Shown here: positions 38,200 through 52,623 of the stretch, in pieces
How positions within the stretch are numbered: position 1 is the stretch's first letter
Layout of the letters: every line of letters begins with the position of its first letter
Origin: Lingula anatina
Lineage: Eukaryota; Animalia; Brachiopoda
Length of the DNA: 64,000 bases
Assembly (NCBI GenBank): GCA_051362555.1
Contig: CM120643.1
Coordinates: 1,426,001-1,490,000 of the forward strand
Direction of reading: 5' to 3'
Translations under genes and position numbers: made by a program
Notes under the pieces: generated by a model
Told to the model about the DNA's origin: nothing
What the model saw: only the letters and a program-made list of their open reading frames with translations
Databases searched by the model: none

Positions 38200-40430
38200 T
38201 TCAAGTGCAATATATCTGCAATTGGCAATCTCAGTTTTCAACTTTTTAGCAAACATTTTATTCGCAACCATTAACAGGACTCAAAATTTGCATTGACTTA
38301 TTGTATTGGTGCACGTGCCTACACCACAAAAATGGGAAGAGTTATAAAATGCATGTTAGGAGGAAACATCATGAAATGCTTCATCAGGTCTCAAGACATA
38401 AGCAAAGTCCTGGAGAAGGATGGGACTTGTTGTAATCCTTCAGCCTGGCGCTACATCCCATGAGCCTTTCAAGACTGATGATACTATTTTTCTGAATGTG
38501 GATAAAGGTATACATGCTTACATAATACTGTTAAATTTCCTTCAGTTCTCGAAAGTCTTCTTTTTTGCACACAAAAAGGCCATACTACATTTTGGCTGGA
38601 AATTATTTTTAAAAAAATGGCGAATAGAATTTTGGTTTCTATTTAAAATGTCAAAAGCATTGTTGTCGTTTATGTAATGATGACTCAATTGTTCTGTGTT
38701 GGTAAATTCTGTATATTTCATTAAAAGTTCATGCATCTCTTTGGACATATATCAGTCATTTTATTTCAGTCATTTTCCACTACAGTACTTATGTTCCATG
38801 CAGTTACTTTTTATTAGTAAATTTATAAGAAAATGGCTTAACAAAGGCGTCAAAATGGTTGGCGATTTTCTTGAAAATAGCAGAATTTTAACAAAGGAAG
38901 AATTTAATAATTTATTCAGCTTCTAGACTACTACAGAAACTACCATATTATGCTTACATAAAAGAGAGTGCTACTTCATTGTGCTCTTAACTGTATATAA
39001 TGTGATATTGCTTTCAGTGACTTATGGTCTCGAGGGTTAAGGAGGATGGATAGTTTCTGATCACTGCCTGCTAATTCATAATTTTGCCTCACTGTATTTG
39101 GGAGGGAACTGAGCATATTTTGTCGCTCTCTTTGGTATTTACTACAAATGAGGAAGAAATGTTTTTCGTCCTCTATTTCCGTTTTACAGCTTGTGCACAT
39201 TCTCTCTTCCAGGGGGATTTTCATGTGCCTGCCTTTCTCTATCGCCAGCTCATGGTCACTAATTCTCATTTTAGCAATGTATTTTTTGTCTGAGCTTGTG
39301 GCTTTTATTTTTAAGTAATTTTCGAGATCGTATGAGTTTTTTACTTTTCGATAAGTACGCCGTTTATTGTTGTCCTCCTTGCTCAAGTCTTCCCAAAAGA
39401 GTCCTTCAATTTTTAGATTAATTTGTTTTTCTATGTCTGGTGTTTCATCCCAATTTTGAATTCCCCAATTTTGTCTAAATGACGCCACTGTTTTAGTCCA
39501 ATTATCTATTTTCAAAATTTTTTCTTCGTTAAATGTTTGTTTCAGTATTCTTGTATTCGGGAGATTTTTAAGTCTGATGTAATATTTTTGCATAGATTTA
39601 ATTATATCTGTAAGGATTGGGTATCTACCCAATTCTGCTCTGCAGGCATTATTACTGGCAGTTTTTCTCACTCCTAAAACCCATTTGCACATTTTTAATT
39701 GAATTTGCTCGAATGGCATGTTATTGATTTTATTTAGGCTCAGTGATTTTTGTTTAAGAATTTCTTGTCCCCATTTGAACAAAAAATTAGCCGACAAAAC
39801 TGTGGTGAGCTTACATTTTACGGTATACGAAATTATATATAGCACAGGCTTATGAATAAAATACAAAACGATGTTCTCGAGATCACCTCTCACCCATTTT
39901 TGCCTCAAGCAATAGAGCTTCTCATCAAACATCGTAAAGGCTGTAGAGACTTTTATAAAACTCTCTACAAGCCAGCTACACGAATGACAAATGAAAAAAA
40001 ATGGAACGCAAAGTCAAATTTTGATGTACATTGGAAAGATGTCTATAAGAACTGTTTCGAAACAACAAAGAACACCAAACTGCAGTGGTTCCAATACCAC
40101 ATAATACATAGGCTTCTGCCTGTTTAATCATATTTAAAGTATATAGGGTTTGAGAAAGATGACGTCTGTTCTCTTTGTAGCTTTGCCAAGGAAGACATTT
40201 CGCATACTTTCTTCCAATGCGCGTACAATTAATTTTATTCTTTGTACGAATTTTTATATTTACAAAAAGTTTCAAAAAGAAAGAATGTACGCGTCTTTCT
40301 TCACTCATAAATTACATAAAGGATCAATTTATAATAGAAAGGTTCAATGCATTAAAAAAAGCTAAATTTAACAAACTTTGAAAAAAATGTGAAAATTGGT
40401 CAGACATGTTTGAATTTAATTAGCTTCAGC
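38200..40430 (+). pseudogene. Decayed L1/Tx1-like LINE ORF2 3' region, interrupted by another LINE
   Basis: KWLNKGVKMVGDFL and WKDVYKNCFETTKNTKLQWFQYHIIHRLLP (zf-RVT-like); many stops. Confidence 0.6.
38976..39780 (-). mobile_element. 5'-truncated LINE (RTE-X-like) ORF2 C-terminus
   Basis: KWVLGVRKTASNNACRAELGRYP; RISDHELAIEKGRH..RMCTSC..EDEKHFFLIC zinc knuckle. Confidence 0.8.
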
Positions 40431-40504
40431 AAAATAATATATTGCGCTTTTTTCTTGTTTAATAATCTATTGTAGTTTTGGTTGAATGCATTGTGGTATC
40501 GATC

Positions 40505-40506
<2 letters not shown>

Positions 40507-40545
<39 letters not shown>

Positions 40546-40564
40546 GATTATTATTATTATTATT
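40507..40564. repeat. (TTA)n microsatellite
   Basis: Near-perfect TTA run. Confidence 0.95.
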
Positions 40565-42818
40565 ACACCTATTGTTCATGAGCTTATAAAATTTAATTAC
40601 CCTGTAACTTCAGATAAAATCTCTGAAGAAATTCTAATGTAACCAATTCCTACATTCACTGATTTGGTCAATTCCACTTCTGTGTAAATGGGACCCCTGC
40701 AAGGGTGTGGTCTTTATTATCACATAAGTGGCCTCCTTTTGCTACAACAAATGGCCTACAGTTGGGGACCAGTCTATCTTGTGATTAGGTAGAAAATGTA
40801 CCAACGCTATCCTGTGGTTGCATTGAAAGGACCTAAGCCATATGGGTTAGTTTTTATCCGCTTTGAACAAAATAAACTGATAATGTTTTGAAGGTAGGCA
40901 TTCAGAAATGAAAGTTTCATTGAAAGTGAATATTCAGTGTCTTCATAACAGCTGAAAAGTATCTTTGTACCACAGTCTCTCGAGGTGCCCAACTGTGAAA
41001 CGTTTTTTGTGAAAATTAGACAACAATCGTTGCTCTCTAAAGATTAAGATACTAAAATACTTATTGTAACGAAAAGCCATTGGTAAAAAGAAGTGGTTTG
41101 GTTGTTAATTTATTATTCATTATTACTCTCATTTCAGCAAATACTACCTATCACACCAGCATTGAAAAAGATGAAGACATACATGAACGAACCAGTAGTT
41201 GAAAGTCCTGAGGATGTAGAGCGTCGCATGCAGGAACCGCAGACTGCTTGGACTAAGAAAAATTCGAAGCATGTAAAGGCGTTGCTGAGGAGCACACGAC
41301 CCCACCAAGTGGCATTCCTGAGTGAGGATGATATGGGACTTGGTATTGAAACGACATTAATGAAATATCCAGGCTTCATAGCTACTTTTGCACATTTCAA
41401 AATTCAAGGTCAAATTTAAACTTTTTTTATGCTTACTTTTAGAAATATTATAGATTAGAGTGTCAAAATAAAGAACCTGCTGCCAAATTTATATGCTGGT
41501 GTGACGGAACTGAGAGTCCGGTGTGATACAGAGTCCGGGACTGTCAGATTCAGAAGGACCCCTGGTTTCTGAATCTGACAGTCTGCTTTGAAATACAGGG
41601 TCCCTCTGGACCCTGAATAATGTTAATATAGAGAGTCCCCCGGACTCTCTGTTATACCGGACCCTACGTTCCGTTACAGGTATGGCGAAAAGGAGAGTCC
41701 TGAAGTCTGATAATAAATGAGACTGTAATGTATTTATGTCTTTTAGATATATTTTATCCGTGTATATATATGAAAAAATAAGCTTAAACTATTAAGCCGA
41801 TGAATTTCTCAGTGGTTGGCACAACGACCTCATGGACGAGTGGAATAGCGTCAGGCACTTATGGCTAATGTAAGTAGAGTATAGGCTGTCTTTGTGTTTC
41901 GTGTTCGATCCCTGCACCTCCTTTATATAACTGTGCTTTATTCATTTCGTTGCCAGTGCAATTTTTTAATAATATATCCATCACATATTTTATTTTAATA
42001 TGGGAAACTGGGAAAGGAACAAATGTTAATAATGGGAAAGTCAAATTTACCAAAGGTATGGTGAAAATGAAAAATTCTATGACACAGTAGATTGATGGTA
42101 ATTTCACAGCAAAAATACCCTTAACCGAAATGGAATAGGCAAAAAAGTGTAACTGAAAACATGTCATCGAGCACGTGTATATATACCCCCGAGCACGTCG
42201 TTATCTTTCGCCTGAAGTCACGATGGACATAGGAGCTGTTCGAAGATATCTACGAGATGAAAGTTATCAAGCAGGCACCTCAACTAATGCTAAACGTAGC
42301 ATAAGAAGAGCTGCTGCAAATCATTATAAAGTAGGTTTCTTTATTCCATCCACCAATACTACGTTCTGTTAGAAATAAGAAATATATTATTAAAGCCAAT
42401 AACCCTGTATCTGTTGTTTGATATTTAATATATTGTACATATTTCAAGATATAAAGTTTGCATATGGTCTTCTTATGCAGCTTGAAGAGGGTATTTTGTA
42501 CTATCGAAGAGAAAGAACAACAACTAATGTAGAAGATGGTAAAAAATGACGGTGTGGGGAGAGTGGAGAAAGGTAGAAGAAAATGAAGAGGAAATGGACA
42601 CCATAATACAGCAGCTGCACAATGAAAGTATGTTAAAATCGATTTACAATAAATAAATGTTAGTCCTTTACTTATGTATCGCAGAAAATCTTGTCAAACC
42701 CTGAATTGCCCTTACTTCAAAATGCATATTTCATAAAAAAACTGTTTGAAATAATTTATTTCTATAAGAGGGGGTACTGTTGCTTTCAGGTGGACACCTT
42801 GGAGTCACGAAAACTTTA

Positions 42819-44466
42819 TTTATGTAGCCAAATGTTCACAAGCACAACGAAGCTCTGTTTTTGCTCCAAATTAAGTAGGATAAGTCCATATGACTGAAAT
42901 TGTCATTTATTAATGACGAAAACTAATAAGATACAAAGTTACAAAACTGGGGAGATAATAAACATCCCCCAAACTATATAAGTGCTAAATATAAAAATAA
43001 TAAAGTATGTTAATGAAATGTAACCAGGATTAATTATGAAAAATATGAGAAATCACAACAGCTATAGGAGCAAAAAGTTGGCGCAAATGAAAATAAAAGG
43101 CTTATGAAAAATATGAGAAATCGCAACAGCTATAGGAGCAAAGAGTTGGCGCAAATGGTTGGCGCAAATGAAAAGAAAAGGCAAAAGGCACATTCTAAAG
43201 CCGGCCTAGGCTGAGAGCGAGCTACGCAACCCCTACCTTTTTAGGACGGGGACGTAGGTTTCCTCATTGCTCTGACAGCCCAATCATAGAGTTGTCTCTC
43301 TTGGCTTACGTACTGCCTCATATGCCTTGCATAGTACATTTACCTAACTATAGTTTTAAAGTAATAATCTCACATGTATGATATATATCAATAAACAAAT
43401 GATAACCAGATAATCTGAAATGACTAATTAATGTGCCAAATGAGTTATAGCTAACAAGCATAAATACAACCATGTTACATTGAGCCAATGCTCAAATCTG
43501 CTTCATTAGTCATGGAAAGAGAAAAAAAATATGGGTGGGGGGTGGGGGGGGGTGTTGAATAAGTTTACCAAACATCACCTCAAAATTTTTACTCCTGAAT
43601 AATGCACTTCTTAATGTTGTGAATTTTACGAGAAAAGTGAGGGAGAGCATTAACTGTCTCCTGAATAACTGAACTCATATGCCTCTGATTAGCAGGCCTA
43701 CCAGAGGCAAAGTGGCACTGTCCAATTAGGTGTCCCCCTTAATTATGTCACACAGGTGCCGCTTGAAAGTAAATAAGTCTAAGTGTTAAAAACACCACAA
43801 GGATGAAGGCAGGTGGTAGGGGAGGGTGGAGGGTGTACAAATAACAATAAAGAAACGTAAGTAATAATACAGTGTAGCTGCTAAAACTGCGGGTAAATAT
43901 ATCCGCAGCTACAAAGCTGAATGACTTCTAACTGAATGCAGCTCGATGGAATTAATCTCCAAAACATCTTTCACAGAATATACTTGTGTGTGCCTTGATA
44001 CACAGCAGCTAAGACATTCCTTAACCCTGGACATCTGTTAACACCTTGTCTTGGTCAACTACTTAAGGTCAAAATGTGCAGACACAAGACCCAAACAAAA
44101 CGTTGATGTATTACCAAAAAGTTAATAGCACCACTAAAACAAACCATTTGCTACATAAATACAATTAATTCTCTTAATTGTAGTTTTATGTAGCCAAATG
44201 TTCACAAGCACAACGAAGCTCTGTTTTTGCTCCAAATTAAGTAGGATAAGTCCATATGACTGAAATTGTCATTTATTAATGACGAAAACTAATAAGATAC
44301 AAAGTTACAAAACTGGGGAGATAATAAACATCCCCCAAACTATATAAGTGCTAAATATAAAAATAATAAAGTATGTTAATGAAATGTAACCAGGATTAAT
44401 TATGAAAAATATGAGAAATCACAACAGCTATAGGAGCAAAAAGTTGGCGCAAATGAAAATAAAAGG
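42819..44466. mobile_element. Non-coding insertion with ~280-bp direct repeats (42820-43100 = 44186-44466)
   Basis: Near-identical repeat; splits the Ginger H2C2 coding sequence. Confidence 0.75.
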
Positions 44467-44642
44467 CCATATGATGTGAGAGAAGCTCACATCCCGCTAT
44501 TACTGGCCAAACATGACCACTACCATAAGAAACTACATAACGACCTGCCACGAATGTCAAGTCAATAACAAAAAAGTAAAAAACAGTGCTCCTCCCCTCC
44601 ACCCTATTCCTGTAAGCAGCTGTAAGCCATGGGATCAGGTAC

Positions 44643-45971
44643 ATGTACGATATAACAAACCTTATAGGATCTTTTGAGTCTGGAATTTTTCCTGATCTCT
44701 GTAAAACTGCTGTTGTAAAGCCTCTCTTAAAGAAGAGCAGTCTTGAAAGAAACGAGCTGAAAAACTATAGACCAATTTCCAACTGCTCTTTCATTAGTAA
44801 ATTTCTGGAAAAAATGGCATTCTCGCAACTGAACAACTACTTAACAGCACATTCTCTGTATGGAATATTCCAATCAGCCTACAGAACGGGTCATAGTACT
44901 GAAACAGCCCTGCTAAAGGTTCAAAATGATATCATGCTCTCATTAAACAATCACTGTGATGTCATCTTGGTCCTCTTGGATCTTTCTGCTGCTTTCGACA
45001 CGATTGACCATGATATTTTACTACAACGTTTGCAGTGCAGGTTTGGCATTACAGGAATGGCGATTGATTGGTTGAGCTCTTACTTAAAGGGAAGAACACA
45101 AAAAGTGGAAATTAATTCCCTTCTTTCTGCCCCTGAAACCCTGAAATATGGTGTTCCGCAGGGATCGGTGTTAGGCCCACTACTTTTTTCACTCTATATG
45201 GTGCCTCTTGAGGAGATCATTTCTAAGCACAATCTTCAGACCACAATTTTTGCTGATGATACTCAGATTTATGTAACTTGTGATAGTCGATGTGATTATT
45301 CTGTAGTGTCAGACATAGAGAAATGTATTGATGAGATCCGGGTGTGGATGCTTTCAAATAAGCTGGCTCTAAATGACACTAAAACGGAAATAATCTGGTT
45401 TTCATCTAAATTTAAAGATAGAAAGGACTGTGCTACTAACACTAATGTTCGCATTGGCAATGTGTCTGTGAAAGCATCTGTCAGTGCTAGAAATTTAGGT
45501 GTGTTTTTTGATTCAGCTGGGATCTTTGACAAGCATATAGACAATGTTTGTAAGTCGGCATCTTTTTCACTGTGGAGAATAGGGAAGATTCGGAATTTAC
45601 TAAATATAGAAACAACTACAAAATTAGTTCATGCTTTTATTACATCAAAATTAGATTATTGCAACAGTATTCTTTTTGGGGTGAGTGACAGCAAATTGAA
45701 AAAAATCCAATTGATTCAAAATTCAGCGGCCAGATTAGTTAAAAAGATAAGGAACCAGAGCTTGGATCATATCACTCCAGTGTTAAAGGAATTGCATTGG
45801 CTGCCAATCAAACAAAGAATTTTATTCAAAGTGTTGTGCATTATTTTTAGAGCTTTTAAAGAAAACACACCTGGTTATATTGCACATCTTATTCAGTCAT
45901 CTGAACCACGCAGGTTAACAAGAAACTCTTTTGAAAACAATTTTATACTCAATCACTGTGAAATAGACTAA
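44643..45971 (+). mobile_element. LINE reverse transcriptase (L2/CR1 group), truncated
   Basis: NYRPISN, QSAYRTGHSTETAL, LDLSAAFDTIDH, GVPQGSVLGPLLF, FADD, HITPVLKELHWLP. Confidence 0.93.
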
Positions 45972-47989
45972 CAGGCTAACGGTTTAACAGGTGATGGAAA
46001 CACATAATTAAATATAAGTGCTTAGTCTCGTAACACTCCCTTTACGTGAAAACGTTTCTAAATGGGAGGCGCAGTGATAATAAGAATGTTATTTTACATT
46101 AGTTATCATTTAAATGGTTTTGTTTTAAGGAAAACGATAATTCCATCTGTTTTAGACTGTATAATTCACATTGAAGGAGGACACAAAACTATTTGACGTC
46201 ATTCATGTAAACATTCATTTTGACTTTGTGTTTATTTCAGAGAGATTCAATCAAACTATCAAAAATATGATAGCAACATCTACGGATGACCCAAAGAAAT
46301 GGGACGATGTCCTACCAGGCTGTGTTTTCTCTTATAACACCTCTATACACGAAAGCACAAGATATTCCCCCTTTTTTCTCATGTTCGGAACGTATGTTCA
46401 ATCACTCTATCTAGTTAAAATATTAACGTCAAAAAAATTAAATATTTATGTTAAAGTAATGAATATACAACTCACAGTATACTATTTTTTTAAATTTCAT
46501 ATACTAAATAATTTGTCGATTTACAGTTGTAATAATAAAGAATGCACATTGGAATTTGCACCTAGAAAATATGTACAAAATGTGCAAATTTTTGTTACAA
46601 ATTATTTACATTATACCAGTCAACCAACTCTACCGAAGGACAAGAGCAGAAATAGTGACACAGTGTGTTATGGGGAGGATGACATAGAAGAACGTGTTAA
46701 GCTAGTAAGCCACAGGCACAGGAAAACATACAGTTTGCCCAACAAAAACAAAAGAGATGTTATGACTCGAGACATGAAGATGAGGTATTTGTGCATTAAA
46801 TATTCCTTGATGTACTCTATCTAACAGCATGACATAAGTAACATAAACATTCCAATCTTAAATTCTTTGATTAACTGTTGGAAATAAATCTGAAAATTTT
46901 TCGACAGTTATGACGCCAATGCAAGCGATCATTTCATTTTACAGGAATTTGAAATTGGCGTTAAAGTTTTAAAACGCAACCTGCGCAGAGAGGATCGGAA
47001 GGGTGGAAAATCTGCACAACGTTACCTGGGACCATACGTAGTAGTGGGAAAGGGTAAAACGAAGGGGACTTACATGTTGCGAGACAAATGTGGCGGGAAA
47101 CTCAAGACCCCTGTAAATGGTGCTGCTCTTAAATTGTACCAAGAGAAAAGGTACTTCTCATTGTTTGCAGTCGACATCTAAAACATAAGAGCGTATATAA
47201 CACAGTTTTACTCCATTATAGTTTATACTTGTTGGTAAATAGTGTTATAAAATTGTATTATAACATGACCATTTTTCTATCAAACATATGCTTTAATACA
47301 AAATTTCTGTATTACAGAACACTACCAGAAGACGACGAAGATGAACCACAGCCATCTACGAGTGGAATAAATGAAAATTAACACGTCAGATTGAATAAAA
47401 TTCATTGTCATTCTTTCTTTGTTTTTGTTCACTTATTGCTTTCTTTTTCTTTCCGTATTAAGTAGTTTTATTAACATGTAAAAATAATGAAAGTTTATTT
47501 CTTTATATTTATTCAAAAATACATTAAAAACCAATTATTAAGTCTCAAGTGATTGATTGCGATCAATAAGTACGATCATTCTGAAAGGACTCGGAATTTC
47601 AAAGCGGTCCCTCCATTTTAAAACTGGCGGCCCGGGGTCCCTACGTTTCAAAATGCAGTCTCCCCCGGACACTAGGATTCGGAACTTAGTGTCTTGCGGA
47701 CTGTCAGTTTTAAAACGTAGCGTCCGCCGGACCGTAAAAGGGTAGGACTCGGTGTTTCGTTACACCGGGTCTCGTCTCTCTGCTTCGACTGCCTGACTAC
47801 CCTTGTTTCATGGTTTGATCCACCTTGGTCACATGTTTAGCCACCATAATCTTTGAGTGTAAAGCTTTATACAGATAAAAAGTTAAAGTTCTTATGTTGC
47901 TTGCCCAAACATGTACAGAACCACCTCCTCCAGCTATTGTTTTCTGGATATTTTCATTTAACAGTTCCAGGGAGCCTACATACTCTCAT

Positions 47990-48455
47990 AGCTGGAGGAG
48001 GTGTTTGGGGTGCCATTTGCAGCAAGGGTATTTGTCCATCGCTTCCTCTGGATGAAAACCTTAACACTGCCAGATACAGAAACATTCTCCAGCAGAACCT
48101 GGAGCCGTTTTCAAGAGGGATATACAGAGACAATTTTAGTTCGCAACAAGACAATCCAACTCCCCACACAGCCCGCTTAATTGCAGACTATATCCAACAA
48201 AACAACATTCAGCTGATGCCACAGCCAGCAAGAGTCCCAAATACAAACTCAATTGAGCACATGTGGGACGAACTTGGTCGTGCTATTCAGAGGAGAAACA
48301 CTCCTCCTGCAAATCTAGATGAACTGCGAGATGCCCTTCAAGATGAATGGACCAGAATTCCTCTCCAAAATGCTGTAACCCTAGTTCACGGTATGCCACG
48401 CCGTCTGGCGACCATTATCCAAGCTCGGGGAGGGCATACCCGGTATTTAGATTAA
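47990..48455 (+). pseudogene. Tc1-like transposase C-terminal fragment
   Basis: VWGAI, QQDNPTPH, degenerate PNTNSIEHMWDEL, ARGGHTRY. Confidence 0.85.
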
Positions 48456-49299
48456 TAATGAATTCTGAATATCTTTCTTGACAATTTCCCCTAATTGCAT
48501 ATTTTAATCCTTTGCTTCAGTACATAGATAATAAACGTACCGTGCATGATGCCTTTTACAAATTCTGTAGAAAACTCCTGCACAGGTAGGAATATAATGA
48601 TTATACAGGTAGTTGCAAAGCCCACATGCCTATTCACTAGTGATAACAATTCAATACATGTGGCCCGCTTACTTTTAGAGGCCATTTTGGAATTTTAAAA
48701 CCTCAAGAGGCAGATACTGATACTACACACATACTGTGGTATTTTCTAACCATTAAATGATATTTTTCTAAAAGACTATACAAATAACTTTCACCTGGAA
48801 AGGTTTTTTTTGGGGGGGCGGGGGGGGCATATTGAAATTGACTACCCTATTGGACTTTTCAGACATACCCCTATATCCAACGTTGCTGAGAATCATTTTC
48901 CCTACAACTTTGCCAATTTTTATACTTGTAGTTGTAAGTGCTTGATGAATTCACCATACTGCTTCATACTTTGAGTAAGTAGACTGCTTATTTTATTTTT
49001 GGAAGCCATTTTGGATTTCTATACACCTACAGAAGCGGATATTGATAATTCCTTCATAGCAAGGTATTTTCTTACTACAAAACGGTATTTTAAACCATTA
49101 TAGGACTATATATTAGAAGTTTTAATTTAAAAGAGTATTTGTGGCGGCCATGTTGGATTTGGCGGCCATATTGGAATTTTCAGACATGTCCATATATCCA
49201 AAATGGCTTAGAAATTCGTTATCTACAACTGTGCCAAATTTCATGCTTGTAGGTAAAAAAGCACAATCCACCCCTTTTTCTGCATCAAATTCTTGGACT

Positions 49300-51060
49300 A
49301 CATCGAGACGTAAAAATGAACCAGTAAATGCTTTGTATACTGTTAACAGTAGTCAGTTTAGTAAAGGCCATATTGACATGCGTCAGGATAAACATTGGAC
49401 TCAAACTAAACTTTTCTTACCAAAACAAACAGGTAAAAGAATTGAACCTAGCTTAAGTCAATATGATAACATGAACAGTGTTGATGTTACAAATGTAAAC
49501 GATAAAGAGAAATTAAAACAAGATCAACGCGAATGCCCTGAATTTCAAGATATAATACGTTATCTAGAACAAAATGATTTACCTAGTGATTGAAAAACAA
49601 GTGCGTAAAATCATTGCAGAATCAGAACAATATGTTATGATAGAGGATGTTTTGTATCATCTGTATCAACCTCGTACACGGGGAATGCCAGAAAAGAGCA
49701 ATTCTAGTCACACTAAGAAGTGATGTTTTACATGCATACCAAAATTCTTTAACAGCCGGTGATCATCAGGGTTGTGATAGAACATTTGCTTCTATAAGAA
49801 ATAAATACTATTGGATGTCACTTGAAAAGATGTCATGGAGTATGTAAAACCATGTGAAGTGTGTCAAAAAGTTAAACAATTGCGTAGAGATGCTCCAGCA
49901 CCTTTGAACCCTTTATCAATCGCAGGTGTGTTTGAAAGAATGCACATGGCCATTTTAGGTCCTTTGATAAAATGAAAAGAAGGATATAAGTATATTTTGT
50001 TAGTTACATGTTCCTTTTCCAATTTTGCTGAAGCAATACATTTTAAAACCCAAGAAGCTGAAGAAATAGCTACGGCTCTTTATAGAGAAGTTTTTACAAG
50101 ATATGGTTGTCTGTCATATTTCGTTTCTGATCGCGGAAATAATTTATCTCAAATTATCATACTAGTGCATGCCATCCACAAAGTAATGCAGCCCGTGAAA
50201 GAACCAATCAAGTAATTGCGCAAACTTTGAGAGCACATTGTTATAAAAATCAAACTAATTGGTCTGATATTCTTCCAGGTGTAATGATGGCATTACGTAT
50301 GACTCCTTGTACACTATCTACCCATTTTTGTCATTTTATTTAGTATTTGGACTAGAAATGCGTACACCATTAGATAGTGATTTGATCCCTGAACCTCGTG
50401 AAAATAAAAATCTAAATCAGTACATTGAAGAATTGAAAGTCATCCTTAAAACGGCAAAATAAATTGCAACAAAGAACAGGGAAGCAGCTCAGAAACATTA
50501 TAAAACAAGGTATGACCTTAAATCAAAGCAACAGATTTATAAAATAGGTGATAGAGTTTGGATATATACGCCAATGACACCTAAAGGGTTAAGTTCAAAA
50601 TTGTACACCAAGTACAAAGGTCCAACAGGGTGAACGTATTACTTGAGAGATTGTAAATCACACAAGAAACATAAATCACCTGTTCATGTAAACATATTGA
50701 AAATGTATTATGACCCTAAAGACTACAATTAATACAAAAGGCTGAATGAAAGTAATTATGAGCAAGACAACAAATCAAACGGGGATAAAAACGAACAGTG
50801 AAACGCAAGATAGAGTCATTCATGACACAGGAAAAGGGGAACTTGCATCGGACAGTAAGCAAGACGCGTATGAGTATTATGAAGTACAACTATATTATGT
50901 TGTAAGTATATAAACGCAAAGAGACACAACAAAGTAAAATGAAAGGGTTGTAAGAACTCTTCCTGGGAACCTGAAGAAAATATTTCAGATGCATAAACAT
51001 ATATTATCATATTAATATAACGTTACAAGGAAGACGAAGAAAACGTAGAAATAAAAGAGG
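49300..51060 (+). pseudogene. Decayed Gypsy pol 3' half (H2C2 finger, integrase, chromodomain-like tail)
   Basis: DHQGCDRT..KYYW, FTRYGC..VSDRG, KYKGP, SSWEPEENI; many stops and frameshifts. Confidence 0.8.
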
Positions 51061-52623
51061 AAACACGATGCTCTATAGAGTTTGATAATCGATACACTGG
51101 TTAATAAAACATATTACACACACATTGTAAAAAAACAGTACACGAAGGTCAAATGTATAATTTGGACAACACAGTGCTACAGCTTAACTGAACCCTAAAT
51201 GCAAACCGGTTTGCTGTCTTCCTATCTATTCTATCTATCTTATTTCCTATCTTTTCCTAATAGAGGCTAAGTATATGCAGTATACACTGAAAAAAAAGAG
51301 CATTGACCTTTTGAAATGATGATTCTTTAAATTCATTCTATGTGTAAAGTTGGGTCAGGGTTAGCACGCTCAGTGCTGTTGTGTGTAAACCATTTTGTTT
51401 CTGAAAAATTGTTTAACAAAGGACATTGATATCATTCATATGAATAAACGTTACATCCAAATGATGTTAAACATATTACCACAAGGTTAACGCCATGTCA
51501 AAATGAAAGGCGTATTGAACTGAAAAATACAGACGAGATGTTTTGAAAAGTCAGTTACTTTACAGCTAGGCTTTTTAATCTGTTCTCACTACCGTGATCG
51601 TGTCTACGGACACGGTTACTCTTCACCGTGACCAAGCCTACCGCCCACTTTGTGAACAATGGAAGTAGGAGGATCGTTTAACAATGGATATTTAACCAGT
51701 CGCGTGGCAGGAGAGCGTGTCCCGATCTCTCAACCTGGCAGGGGGCGACCGTCTTATTCAGGAAGGGTGTGCATTTAGGCGTGATGTCATTAATAGCCGC
51801 TAATTGCTCTCCAGTAAATATTGCACCGCTTCTTATTACTTCAAAAATCAAAGCATCTACTTACTGTACTTCGTCAGTTAAACGGGAATATATAAAGCGG
51901 GTTTAGCAGAAAATACAATTAACAGCATATTCACTTAAATAAACAAGTGTAAACACAAACCAACGCTCAATTTGAAGAAAGTAAATAAAAAATGATAGTA
52001 TGACCGTTTTGATTTGTTTGGATGTAAGCTAATTGTATGGAAATGGCGTGAGTAATAAACAGAACAGGAAGAAGCAGAAAAACTTACGTTTCAATGCTAT
52101 TTCGGCAAAAGGCTTTTTATATTTTGATTTACTTGTATGACTGGTTTAGTGAGAAATAAAAAAAAACAAAAATACATAGAAAATAATCAATTTATCCATT
52201 TTATTCTGTACATAGACTGAGGTAGTACTTTATAATGGTGGTTACACTGTTATTTAATAAATGTTCGTATTACCTAGTCATTGTAATTTATTTTTGTTTT
52301 GATTAAAGGGATTATAACATTTTACTGCCATATGCCATTATCGATAGTAGTTCTTCCTTACACTGCACTAAACACTTAAAACTCATCTTAGCCTTTGGGA
52401 ACGAGTAATTAATGCTGTATACGACCAAAAAGGATTAGAAAACTGTCTAATTTTAAATTACAATGGAAGTATAATCACCTAAGTGAATATAAAAATTTAA
52501 ACAAACATCAAAGGAGTAACTTTGAGCGAAAAAAATGTTTGGCATTTAGTAGGATGGTGGTAGAAAGTAGCTAGTGACCCCAGGAAAATTAATTTTGATG
52601 AAAATTAAAGAGTTATCGTTGTA

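Larger units (their letters stand above)
41500..47764 (+). mobile_element. Disrupted Ginger-type DNA transposon (intron-containing Gypsy-like integrase)
   Basis: TGT..ACA imperfect TIRs. Exon pieces: YLRDESYQAG..KRSIRRAA (42223), GGHLGVTKT (42789), EKLTSRYYWP..CHECQ (~44480), ERFNQTIK..YNTSIH..SPFFLMFG (46241), RYLGPY (~47020). Confidence 0.7.

Noticed and set aside
41093-41419. Exon-like ORF, possibly a transposon accessory protein
   Set aside because: Isolated and not assignable without a search.
48660-49300. Recurrent GCCATTTTGGA motifs suggesting a non-autonomous transposon
   Set aside because: Boundaries and class could not be determined.
51285-51297. TA-CACTGAAAAAAA as the left terminus of the BEN/transposase element
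   Set aside because: No matching right terminus found in the window.
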